A stretch of 64,000 nt of DNA, taken from Gracilinanus agilis. Taxonomy: Eukaryota. The stretch lies in assembly GCF_016433145.1 (NCBI RefSeq), contig NC_058134.1:306385373-306449372 (forward strand), read 5' to 3'. Shown here piece after piece: positions 12,621 to 24,300 of this stretch. The translations under genes were made by a program, and so were the position numbers. Under the pieces are notes generated by a model, which saw only the letters and a program-made list of their open reading frames with translations, had not been told where the DNA came from and searched no databases. Position 1 is the stretch's first letter; every line of letters begins with the position of its first letter.

Positions 12621-13402
12621 GCGAATGGGGGGCCGAGGATACCTTCAGAAGGCCTGCCAGCTCTGCTGGGAGAGGGCAGGGAAGGCACAGGCCCACGAAG
12701 ACTGGAACGGAGGCCCCAAACTCCCAGAGAGTCGAGATGAAAGGGTTCAGAGACCAGAATAAGGGCCCTTCTGTTCCTGGATCTGATCCTAGATCTGGTC
12801 CACGCTGTTCCACCTCCCAAGGACAGACCAAAAGGAAATGACTAGCTCAGGGCTGGATGGTAGGAGGGCAGAATCCATCCTACTGCGAATGGAAACAACA
12901 TAACATCCCTAGGTTTGAGGCCTCTCTCCACCTTCCCGGGGCCTGCCGAGGAGAAGGGGAAGGAGGCTCTTCCTAGAGGCTGGGACTAGAGGGAAGGACC
13001 CTGGAAGCCTACAGGCTAAAGGTCTGACCACGAGAGGCTAAGAGTGAAGTGAGAGCAGGGAGAAAGGATTCTGGGGGGCCGTGGGGCTCAGTTCGCAAGC
13101 CTGGGAGACTTGCTCTTGGAGGGCTGCCAGCAGGGAAGCGAGGGTTGGAGCCTAGGCCAAGGGGAGGAGCTGATTCTGCGAGTTAGGCCTGGCCCAAGGT
13201 GCTGATGGAATGGGCCTATGGGCCTCCTTTCCCTCCCAGCCCTCTCCCTGAGGAGGCGCCGGATGATGCTGCTTACCTTCCAGCAAATGCCCTTGAGTTG
13301 GCTGAAATGCCCCCCATCCCCATAGGAGGCCGAGAAAAACGGGCCTTAGAAAAGGGCTGCTTCCTTGAATTATGTGACCCCGAAGAACCAGTCAATATCT
13401 GA
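12411..13402 (+). CDS. Candidate unannotated secreted peptide precursor, 78 aa: MLRGLPLFIILLGLLDLSLSGVWTSPLPEEAPDDAAYLPANALELAEMPPIPIGGREKRALEKGCFLELCDPEEPVNI
   Basis: Kozak ccaccATG at 12411. Coding exon 12411-12484 ends AG|GTCAGT (phase 2). Acceptor ggcctcctttccctcccag| at 13239 opens exon 13240-13402 in the matching phase. Hydrophobic signal-peptide-like N-terminus, R-X-K-R site, two Cys spaced C-x4-C. AATAAA at 13570-13575 is followed by a GT-rich tract. Confidence 0.7.
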
Positions 13403-13569
13403 GTGGGGCCCAAATCCTGAAGCTCCTGCTCCTGGTGACTTCGGCGGCTCTAAGTCCTTTGGCTAAGGGGCCCCCAGAACCTAGCCCCGGCTCCTGAGGT
13501 CGGGTGGGGGGAGGGGGAGCTGGGCCAGGATGGGATGAGCCACTCAGGCCAGACCCAGAGCAACCCATC

Positions 13570-13575
13570 AATAAA
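13570..13575 (+). terminator. Poly(A) signal of the candidate peptide gene
   Basis: AATAAA 168 nt after the stop, followed by ttgtgtatgtgt (downstream GU-rich element). Confidence 0.65.
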
Positions 13576-14059
13576 GACTCACTTGTGTATGTGTACAAGC
13601 ATTAGCGTCTTGGGGACTCTCACCAGCTTGGGGAGGGGTTCAGGATTGAGAAGGAACTGGGGTGGGGGGCTCAGATGCCTTGGGAGGGACAGGGATTAGG
13701 ACTCTGAAGGAACAGGGGGCTTTGGGAGTCAGGTGTTTCAGGGATTAGGACTGGGAGGATGAGGCAGAGATGGAAAGGGAGGGAGGGAGAATGCGGGGTT
13801 AAGAAGGCCTTTAGAGGGGGCAGCTGGGTAGCTCAGTGGATTGAGAGTCAGGCCTAGAGCCTGGGAGGTCCTAGGCTCCAATCTGGCCTCAGATACTTCC
13901 CAGCTGTGTGACTGTGGGCGAGTCACTTAAGTTCCATTGCCTACCCTTACCACTCTTCTACCTTAGAGTCAATACACTGTATTAACTCCAAGATGGCAGG
14001 GCTCTGTAATGAGGCAGAGCTAAAGAATTTCTGATTATAATATCAAGGCTCCAGCTGTG

Positions 14060-15200
14060 GAAAGGTTGGCCTCAGGGCTCAGAGATCAGGGATTGGCATT
14101 CAGAAGAAACAGCAAAGAGCTCAAGTGGGTCAGGGCTTGGCAAATCCATGTCATGAGAGTGTGGCTGGAGTCATGGGCCAGGAAGGGGGTCACATCGATT
14201 GCTCTTAGTTCCTATAACAATAAGTACAAACCAGGGAGCTGAGAAGAAGAAGGAGCACTCAGGCCACTGGGAGACCTCTTTGGAGAAGGCTGCAGACTTG
14301 GGAAGAGGGAGCGGGGCAGGAAATAAGACCAGAGGCAGGGTTGGAAAGGTTGTGAAGAAATGGGCCTTTATTGCTATTCTGCCTTGGAATCAATATATTG
14401 CATTGATTCTGAGACAGAAGGGAAGGCTTAAAAAAAAAAATGAAGCAAAGTCAGCAGTCAGGGGACAGGAGTCAGTCACAACCTGCCTGTTCTGGCTGGG
14501 AGGGAACACAGGCTCCAAGAGATGAAATGGGGAGTGCACATTTCAGGGATGAACCAGACTACCCAGGAGGTAGAGCAGGTGAATGGAGGGGAAGCCACGG
14601 GAAGTTTGTGTAGAGAGGTGGGCGATGGGAAATCCCTGAGGAAGGCCGATAGAAGGCAATGGAAGCCAGAACATCATCCTGGAGACCAAAGGGAGCCATT
14701 GCACGCTTTATGAGAAAGGGAGAGCTGCGATCACACCCATCCCTCTGAAGATGGTTTGGGGAGCTTTATGGAGATTAGATCAGAGAAAGGAGAGAACAAT
14801 TAGGAGATGATCGTACTAGCCTGGGCAAGAAGTGATGAGGGTCTGAACTGCAGGAGAGAATTCGTGAAGTCTTCACTGAAGGATGAGGGAGAAGAAAAAG
14901 ATCCCAAGGCTTCAAAACTGGTGGCCTAGAAGGATGAGACAGGCGAGCCAGGAGGAGCTGGGGAATATGATCGTCCCTGTTCAGGACACAGTGACCAGGA
15001 GATATCTGGGGGGTGCTCGTGTGGAGGTGTCCAAGCAGATTTGGGAGTCTAGTCAACCATTCAGCAACCCTTTCCTGGTCAATTCAATCTCATCCACTAG
15101 AAAAAAAGCATTCCTGAAGGGCTTGCTGTGAGTACGGTTTGTGCTAGGCACTGGGGGACACGAAGACCAAACCAAAACAGTCCCTACCTTTAAGAAGTTT
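14060..15200 (-). mobile_element. Ancient LINE-2 fragments
   Basis: Purine-rich antisense L2-type text (gatcccaaggcttc...ctggtggcctagaaggatg..., gtgctaggcactgggggacac). Confidence 0.6.
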
Positions 15201-18076
15201 GCATTCCTCTGGCTTAAGAGACTCTACCTTCCTGGACTTCAGTTTCCCTAACTTTAAAAGGCAGAGACTGGACTTAATGACTTTTTTTTTTAATCCTTCC
15301 CTTCCATCTGTGTATTGGTTCCATGGCAGAAGAGCAGCAAGGACTAGGCAGACTTGCCCAAGGTCACACAGCTAGAAAGTGTTTGAAATCAGATTTGAAC
15401 CCAGGACCTCCCATCTCTAGGCTTGGTTCTCTGTCCAGAGCCATCTGTCTGCCTCTGGACTTGATGTCTTCTGTGGCTCCTGATCTCGGCACTGCCCTTA
15501 TTCTTCCCCCTAGGGCTAGTAGTAACCTTTCTGCCACTTGCCAGCTGTCTCTGTATGTGAAGGCAGCCTATCTGTCTGCAGGAGTCCTCCCTCAATGGTG
15601 TAAATATGTTCCATGATAGTAAGTGTTTTTTTGAGGGAAGGGTCTCTAATACACATTGTTTACACCACAAGTCTCATCATCCCTTCGGATCCTGCCCTAC
15701 CTCCGGCCATGGGAGGGTTGAGGGCTCAGGCTTGGCAGCAGCAAAGGCCAGTCATAGCCACTGATAGCACAGGCAATAGGGAAGCTTTCTCTCCCCCAGC
15801 ACTGTGAGAGCAGCCCCATTCCACTCTCTCCTAAGATGCCGTGCTCTCTGCCATGGCCCTTACTTAGCCCCCCACACGGTAGGATTGACTCCATTGCTCC
15901 ATTGCCCTGGATGGAGCTGCCCCTGTGCCAGCAGATCAGCCGGGCCTGATGGCTGCCCGGGGATCTCGAACCCCAGGGCAGGCGATGCGTTGGCACAGGC
16001 TCTGTGGTTCCTGAAGGGTGGCTACAGCAATTCCAGGTTCAGCCTGAAAGGGTGGGGAGCGAGTCAAAACTGAGCCCAAGACTGGTAAGACAAGGTGTTG
16101 GGGCAGAATTCCTTACTTGAGGCAGTCATTTTCCCCATTTGTTCACACACAGCCTGAAGCTCCCAGGCAAGGGCAGAGTCTGGAGCCAGGCAGAAGAGGA
16201 GGCTCCAAACCCTCTGGGGGAGAGATGGGGTGGGGGTGGGGGCAGGGAGCTCACAGCTGACAGTTGGCATTTGACTTGCCTCTCTCGCCTTGTCCCTCTG
16301 GGAAGGACTTACATTCTCCATCCCCCCCCCCCCCCCCCAACTCTGGCTCCTGCCTCATCCCCAGGAGAGCTGCCCTTGGCTTCACACTGGGTGCAAGTGG
16401 CTACCTCCCACCAAGGTGCCTGATCCCTTGAGTTCAGGGATCTGGACCAGAGATCCTCAAACCTGAGGCCCCTAATCCTAACCTCATGACAAGGACCCCA
16501 ACCCAAAGGGGCAGGAACCCCCAGCAGAGCCCCTTTCTGACCCTCTGGGCTGGCAGTCCTTGGCCTTCTTGGACCTAGCGAGGGAGGGGCTCTGCAGGGC
16601 CTAGACTGGACTGAACAGAACAATCCTCTCCTTTCCCTTTGTTTCTTCCCTCAGCATCTCCATTGAGCCCCACACTAAAGGCTTCTTGCTGCCCTATCAC
16701 CAAGTCCCATGCTCCCTAAGATCCCAGCATGTGCTGTCTTCTAGGCCCCCTTATGCCTGGAGCACAGTCCCCCATCTTGAGTGTTCACGGCCCAACCACT
16801 CCTGCAGTTGTCCATCTAGCAGGGGCCCAGCAGGGCTCTGTGGAAAGGCCACCAAGCCCAGGGAAGCCTGTGCTTCTTTCCAAGAGAGACTCCAAAAGCT
16901 GTCCTGGGGCAGCCCACAGGTTTGACGTCAGGACCTATGACAACCCTTCCGTCCTGACAGATCCCTCTCTGGCTCCCTCTCTACCCTTCGCTCAGGATCA
17001 GTAGTCCTCTGGGTATGCAAGAGACCCAGAGAGAAAGAAAGAGGGAGCCAGAGGGGAGAAGGAGAGGAAGACAGAGACACCGAGAAAGAAAAATGGGCCA
17101 ATGCAGTGTGGCTCCAAGATATGGCTGGAGTCTTCCTAGGCCAGAGGCCCAAAGAGCCTAGCATGGGGTTGGGAGTAGCTTCTCTGCCCTGTCCAGGCCT
17201 CCTCTGGAGCCTCCGTCCAGGTCTGGAGCACAGCTTTTAAGAAGGAAACTGACCAGCTGCAGAGTCCAAAAGGTGGCCAGGGCAGAACAGGGCCTTCAGC
17301 CTAGGGCTCATGAGGGTCCCTGGCCTGGAAGGGCTGTCAGGAGGCAGCTTGACGCCAGGGCAGAGCAAGAAGCAATGGGGCAAGAGGGATGGAAATGCTG
17401 ATTTGGGCCCAATGTCTGTCTGAAAGAACACTTCCAAGCAGGAGCTGCTTTGAGAGGTGGTGAGCTCCCCATTCTTAGCAATCATTTAGGGGGTGGGCAC
17501 TTGCTGGCGAAGTCTCGTGCCCAGACCTCCCTTGCCATACACAACTGTCTTTTGTCTGGTATGAGCAGAGAAGGGCCTCCTGATTTGAGCCTGACTCACT
17601 TTATACTCGGCCGTGCTGAAGCCTGGGAAGGTGGGATACTCAGCTCCGTGATGCTGCTGCCTCTGATCAGTGCCGGTGTGTCGCCAGCCTGGACTCTCCG
17701 TCCAAGATCAGGGCCCTGCTCCTCGACCCTAACGACGATGCCCAACAGCATCTGCTTCTTCAAAGCCCATGCTCTGAGGCCCTGGGTAGGCTGGCAGAGA
17801 GGCCTGGAGGCTAAGAGAGGGACAGCAACTGCCAAGGGCATGACAGCTCTAGGCCGAGGCAGAGCTGGGTTTCTGCTGCCCTTTCCCAGGCAGCAGAGGA
17901 CCCAGGCTTAGGGAGAGAGGGGCCAGCCAGTTCCTAGGCTGCTCAAGTCCAGCTTCTCACTCCTCTGAGACCTGGCTGGCTCTTCTCCCCTCCTAAGTCT
18001 GCCTCAACCCCAGGCCTGCTCCACCCTCTGCTGCCCACAAGCCCAAGGATGGAAAAAGGCCAAAGACATTCTTTTC

Positions 18077-18082
18077 TTTATT
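18077..18082 (-). terminator. LMF2 poly(A) signal AATAAA
   Basis: tttatt on + strand about 315 nt past the LMF2 stop codon. Confidence 0.7.
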
Positions 18083-18395
18083 TAGAAAACGAGAGGAAGA
18101 CTTCTGTCCATCCATCTTACACACCAGAAGGAAGTCCGGGTGCGTCTGGCCTGGGCAGCGCAGCCCAGCCCAGGAGAGTCAGACAGTCTCACTAAGGCAT
18201 TTGAAGCTGGCCCTGAGAATGGGCCCAGAATGCAGCAGATGGGGGAGGCCAAGAAGGTCCTGAGCTTGGTGGGGGCTGGTGGCGGTGGTGTCCCAAAAAC
18301 ATCCTGTCTCCACCTTTCCAGCCCCACAGGCCCCTGCTTCCCCAGAGCAGGGGAGCCATGCCTGAGAAGCAGCCTAAGATCCAGGCTCAACAGTG

Positions 18396-21300
18396 TTACT
18401 TCTTTCTCCGGGTTCCCTTGGAGCTGTTTCCAGCCCCCTCTGGGCCCTGGGGCTGGGACCGCTCCTTACCCACCTTCTCCTTCTGAGAGGGTGGCTTGTT
18501 CTTCTCACCACCCACTGTTTCAGGCCTCCGGGGCCCGGGAAACAGCAGTGCCTGGAAGATGTGAATGGCCACTACCGAGCAGATGAGGCCCCAGAGCAGC
18601 ACTGGGGCAGCCAGGGGAGTCAGCTGGTTCCGCAGCCAGCGCAGGGCTTGAGGTAGCGGGCTAGCTGAGCTGGGTGGGGGTCGGCCTGGGCTCTTGTCCT
18701 GGGGAGAAGAGGGAGGTGGATATCTCGCCGACGGCCCCCAACAACTCTGGTAATCATTGTGGACCTTTTGGCAATGTTAGAAGCTTTAGCAAGACTCTCC
18801 ATTTCACATGTGGAGAAACTGAGTGTCAGAGAGGGAAAGGGACTCCTCCAAAGTCAGACAGGAAGGGGGTAAGCTGCCGGCTCTCCCGAGGCCCCAGCCC
18901 TCGCCCTGGCCACACACACGTGTGTCCCTCAGTGCTCTGCCCCAGCCCCAGCCCAGCCCTGGCCCCTCCGCCACTCCCTACCTGAAGGCCAAACTGTGCC
19001 AGCAACGACTCCAGCTTAGGGTCCCCCAGAGTCACCTGGGGAAAGAACTCCTCAGACCACTTTCGCCGCCACCACTGGCTAAGAGACAGGAAAGGGAATG
19101 GAGGCCACTTCATGCCCTGCCCTGCTCCAAGCCTGCAAAGGGCTTGCCATGAGAAGGTCAGTGTGGCTGCGCTGCTGCTCTCCATGCCCCCTCCTTGGCC
19201 TAAGGCCTCACCCCTGCCCCCTGCCCCCACCAGGGCCTGACTCCTGCCCCCTGGTCTTCACCTTTGCTCGCCAGGCCGTGAGAACCAGTACTTGTAGAGC
19301 TGGGCCCGGATATACGTGGGTGGCTGCTCCCAGAATGGGTACCTGGAGGTGTCCACTTGTAGCAGGCGGATCACTGGATTGGGGAAGGAAGCTACTGAGA
19401 ATGCTGCGCCCTCCCCAAACCCCCCTTAAAACCCCTGCTCCCTCCCCCCGGTCCCTCTCCTCACTAGGCCCCCCACTCTCTCCTGGCCCTTCTCCTCATT
19501 AGGCCCTCCGCTCCCTCCTGCTCAGCCCTTCTCCTCACCCTGTGCCTTCCCCTGAAGGAGGCGGTAGACGAGACTGGAGAACCAGGGGCTGTGGGTGTGA
19601 TGGCCCAGGGCGGCAAACCACATCTGCCAATCCAAGCGGGGCTGATGGGGCACCACGAGGGGGGGAGCCACGCTGACATTCCCTGGTTTGTACATGAACT
19701 CGATCTCCTTGGGGAGCCAGGAAAGGCAAGAGGTGAGAGCTTGGCCGGCACAGTCTCCCCGACCCTACCGTCCCAGGTCCCTAAGGGCTTCCTGTGCCTG
19801 CTGGGTCCTCGGGGTATGGAGACAGGGATATCTCTCAGGATTTACTCCCTGATGGGAGAATAAGGCACAGGACAGGGAAGTGTGAGTCAAAGGAGGCAGC
19901 TCAAAGAGGTGCCAAGAACTAGGCAACATCTTCTTTTGCTAGGGAATCAGAGAGGGCTTCCCAGAGGAGGCCACATGCCAGGTGGAGGATGCTGAAAGAT
20001 GCGGACGGAGTGCATCCCAGAGGGGTGTGATGGGAAGCAAGGGATGGGGAGGGCTTGTGGGAATGCCCAGAGGCCAGGCAGGGGAACAGCAGCTCCAAGA
20101 ACAGTAGGAAGAGCCTATGCTTGACCCTCAGGTAATGGAGAGCCATTGAGGAATATCTCAGTAAGAGAGTGACACAGTCACATCTGTGCCTGAGAAAGAC
20201 TCTTTGGGAAGCCGGGAGGAGACCAGACAAGATGGGGAGAGGAGCCTGGGCCCTCGTGATTGTCCAGGTGCCTGCGGGCTCCTGTGGCAGTGGCGTGGGG
20301 AGGATTCGGGGGACTCAGAACTGAGAGAATGTGGCAACAGCTGCAATCTGGGAGATGAGCCCAAGTCCCCCGCCAGGGCCCAGACTGGCATCCCAGGGCC
20401 CTCACCGTCCAGCTCTGGCCGTCGTAGCTGCCCTCTAAGACCACCTCAGGCCGCCCAGCCAGGCCCGTCATGCGTCGGAAGAGGCCGTAGGAGTTAGCCA
20501 GCTGCAGGTGTTCCACGGTGCTGAAGAGCCGGTGGGCCCCGGCCCAGAGCTGCCTGTTGGTGCCCGGCTCCAGGTAGGTGTAGGGCACCTGAGTCACAGG
20601 ACAGTGTGGGTGCCCCTTGCCCAGCCATGCCAGGCCCTACAGCACCAAGGCCCACCCCTGCCCCGTCCCCACTCACCAGGCTGATCGTAAACATGGCCGC
20701 GGTGGCCGCACCGACGATGGACAATTGGACAGCAGCCTTGAGCTTCCCCGGCCACCTGCGGATCCGGGCACACCTGGGGACGAGGATGACCCTCTCCTGG
20801 GGCTGCGCTTCCCGTCCCACCTCCTCTCGCCCTCCAGATTGGCTGGACCACAAGGATGGAGCTGGACAAGGGGCCCCACCCCCCCACCCAGGTACCTGTA
20901 CAGGGCGCCGAGTAGCACCCAGAGCAGCGAGGCAATGCCCAGCCACACGGAGGGCATCGTGACCACCTTCAGCCACTGGGAAAATTCGTGAAAAGTAAAG
21001 GCTGTGGAGGGGGAGGAGCGGGTCAGGAGGGGAGTGGACGGTGACCCCCTTCTCCCACGTCCCAGTCCACTCCTCCCTGCCAAGTCCAGAAGCTCACCTC
21101 TCCCTCCTCGACCTACCTGTTTTGGCCTGGATGCTGCCCCATTCTTTGTCCAGTTCCAGGTCAAAGTAGTGAACCGTACCGTAGGCCAGGAGCCCATAGA
21201 CGGCCGCCTCCAACAGCAGGGTCGAGGCGGTCAGCAGCCGCCCAGTCCATGCTGCAGGGACAAAGACAGAAGGTGGGTGCTGGGGCCCAAGATCTGTGGA

Positions 21301-24300
21301 GTGGGAGCCTGCCCAGCCAGATCCCTGACCCATGGTCCAGGCCAGGGAGCGGGTGGCACTGCCCAGGGAGAGGGTGAAGGAGGCACTACCCAGGGGGAGG
21401 GAGCGGGTGGCACTGTCCAGGGGCTCACACTAACCAGCAGGTGGCTGCTTTGCTCGGCCTGGGCCCAGCCACCAGGACACGTGCTTGTCGTCTAGCAGTG
21501 ATGTGGTGAGCACCAGGGTGAGCAGGTTGAAGAAGTTATAGTTCCCCGTGATGATGATCAGGATCTGGAGTAAGGCCTGAGGAAGGGGGAACAGGGCAAA
21601 GTCAGTGGCAGCAACTCCACAAGGGAGGGAGCAGAGGAGGGAGCATAGGAAGGGGCAGAGGGAGGGGCAGAGAAGGGAGGGAGGGAGTAGGAGGAGGGAG
21701 CAGAGGAAGGAGGGAGGGAAAGGAGGGAAGGGAGGGAGCAAGGGGAGGGCAGCACAGGAGGGAGCACTAGCCAAGGAACAAAACAAGCTCCAGGCCTGCC
21801 ATTGCCAGCCCCTTCTGTCCCCCAGTGGGATTTCAGGTGGGCCATCAGGGCTGGAAGGGGCTTCCACAGTGATCCGGTCTAGTCCTGACTGTAGCCTTGC
21901 TGGAAGCCTTCTCTCCGGCCTAGCCCTCCCACCACTACCTGTGGCCAGTCCTGCCCTTCCCAGGGAGCCCAACAGGCCAACCCTGATCTCCCCGGCTTCC
22001 AGCTGCCTGTCATCTGCATGAACTGGGCATCCTGCCTTCCTCCCTGGGCAGGAGTAGCTTCCATTTCCCCGAAGCTGCTGAGCTGCCCCTGCCGGTCCTC
22101 TTCCCTGGGGCTCTCCGTCCCCAGCCGCCTGTACAGCTGGGCCAGCCTTCCTTGGGGAATGGAAGCTGGCAGGGCCAGGACGGGCATTCCCATGCTGGTA
22201 GCACAAGGCTAAAGCAGGCTCTTAGCTAGGCCAGGAAGGAAGAAAGGCGGCCGCGGGCCGAGGACCCTCTGCTGGGGCCTACCTGGGAATAGAAGGCAGC
22301 GAGGCGGAGCCGGCGGATGGGGGCAAAGAACAGGATGGGCACAGCGATCTCGATGAGGAAGGTGGCAACCACACTGAGCTTGTGCAGCCAGACGGGCAGA
22401 TGATGGGCAAACCAGGCGGCAGGTGTGGGCAGACACTGGGTCTCATAGTGGTAGGTCAGGGCTGTGGGAGGCAGAGCTGAGGCCTAAGCCAGGCTGCCCT
22501 GGGCAGGGCCCTCTGGCTGGGACGTCAGGGTGGTGGCACTGTTGGGGTAGGGGGGTGGCAGCATGGCTGGGTCAGGTTCCAGGAAGCCCACTCACCTGTA
22601 AGCCCCCACCAAGTGGGGCAGCGGCTGGTGAGTTTGACCACTCCAGAGGCGAACATGAGTCGGAAAAGAAGCCATCGAACCAGCCAGAAGGGGACATCTG
22701 CATGGGGCGGGCCACTCGTCTCCCTGCCCCGGGAGGGCTGCAGAGGGGCTACCAGCACAGCCAGGAACCCTGTCTCCAGCAGCAGGGAGTCCCTGGGGGG
22801 TCGGGGTGGGCTCACTGCACAGGAGCCCAGGACCACCCACCTGCCCACCCTTTGGAAAGGGCACAGCTGTGGCCCCACCAGTCTGGAGTCCCCAGTGAAA
22901 AACAAAGGGGTGCCAGCTCTGTTCCCGGCCTCCCTCCCACACTGTATTGCCTCTCTGGACATAGGGAATTCCCAGTCCCCCTACTATAGCTTCCAAGGAC
23001 CTTGGCCATCCCCTGCTGGGCCTGGCCAGTTCTGACAGTTCACCCTGGGATGGAGGCATGTAGCCAGCCTGGCCACTTACCACTGGAAGTACAGGAACAC
23101 CTGTCCCACCTGCAGGAAGGCAGAAAGGGCTGTAGGGCAGCCAGGCTGGCCAGGGGCAGCTCCTTCCCCTCCCCCAGGGGCTTTAAGGTGGGGGAGGGAA
23201 GGGGAAAAGCAGAAGCAACTTTCCTACACTTTCCCCCTAATGTCCCCTGGGAAGGGAAAGGAAGGGAAGGAAGCGAGATCCCAGGGCCTGCAGAGTCTGG
23301 AGCGTCCAGCAGGAAGTGGGTGGGCAGAACTGGCCGGTGGCTTCCCTCCAGAGCAGAAGGGAGTGGGAAGGGGAAGGCCTCACAGGGTCCTTTTCCCTAG
23401 CAGAGCTCAGGCCAAGGCAAGCAGGGGTCCCACAGGACCCTTTCTCACCTGGTAAAGGGAGAGGTAGAGAGTCCAGAGCAGCAAGTAGAGAAGGCTGTGG
23501 CGCAAGGCAGGCACCAGTAGGGCCCCCAGGCTGCACAGTGTCCCCAGAAGGCTCAGCAGCTCCATGCCTTGCTCTGTGTCCAGTCCCAGGCTTGGGGACA
23601 GCCAGAGCAGCGTGGGGACCTCCCACAGCTGCTGCCAGAGACCCTTCCCCAGAGGCCGGAGCATCTTCCGGGCAGGCAGGATCCCCTCCCGCCCATAGAG
23701 CCCTGGGTTGGGGGTGGGGGAGAAGGCTGGTCAGGAGGGGAGCTGGGGCTCAGGGGAGGCTGGTCAGCCTGGGTGCAGATGAAGAGCCAGTAGGAAAGGG
23801 AAGGACTGTGCTCACCCCCTGTCCCAGGAGCCATCTGGAAAGGACTAAGGGCAATGGGGAGAAAGTGTGTTATGAGTCTCCTTGGGCACTGGGTCTGGCA
23901 GTGGTGGGGGATGCCAAGTGGGCTAGGGGTAGAGGGGGAGGAAGGAGTTCCAGGGGGAACTAGTGGGCCAGGTCTAGAGGTTTCCTCTGGGGCAGAGGGG
24001 CAGGAGATGGGAAGGGATGACAGAGGGCTAGAGCGCGTGGGAGTCTGCAGTGGGGACATTCCAAGGGAAAATGGAATGGGACGAGCAGGTTAGTAAGGTC
24101 TGAGGAGGGGACCTCGAGAGGAGCGACAGAAGGGAGGGGAGAAATGAGCCGGGGGCGAGGTGCAGAAAGGAAGGGCTGAGAACTTCGACTGGATTCTCAG
24201 AGAAAGGTGGGAGGATCAGGAGGAGGAACAAGGATCCCCAGGTTGAAGAGAGGAGAATTCCAAGGGGAAGGGAGGAGGATCCCAGGGGGAGGAGGATCTT

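Noticed and set aside
12500-12841. 113-aa + ORF downstream of the signal-peptide exon
   Set aside because: Starts at a non-ATG codon, lies inside the predicted intron, and has no recognisable motif.
16880-16980. FDVRTYDNPSVLTDPS resembles MIOX FCDSTFQDNPDLQDPR
   Set aside because: Only a few identities, no splice donor at the expected place, and no flanking MIOX exons; consistent with chance.
21340-21425. Short intronic tandem repeat (ggtggcactgcccaggg...) in LMF2
   Set aside because: Ordinary degenerate minisatellite with no spacer structure; not CRISPR-like and not coding.
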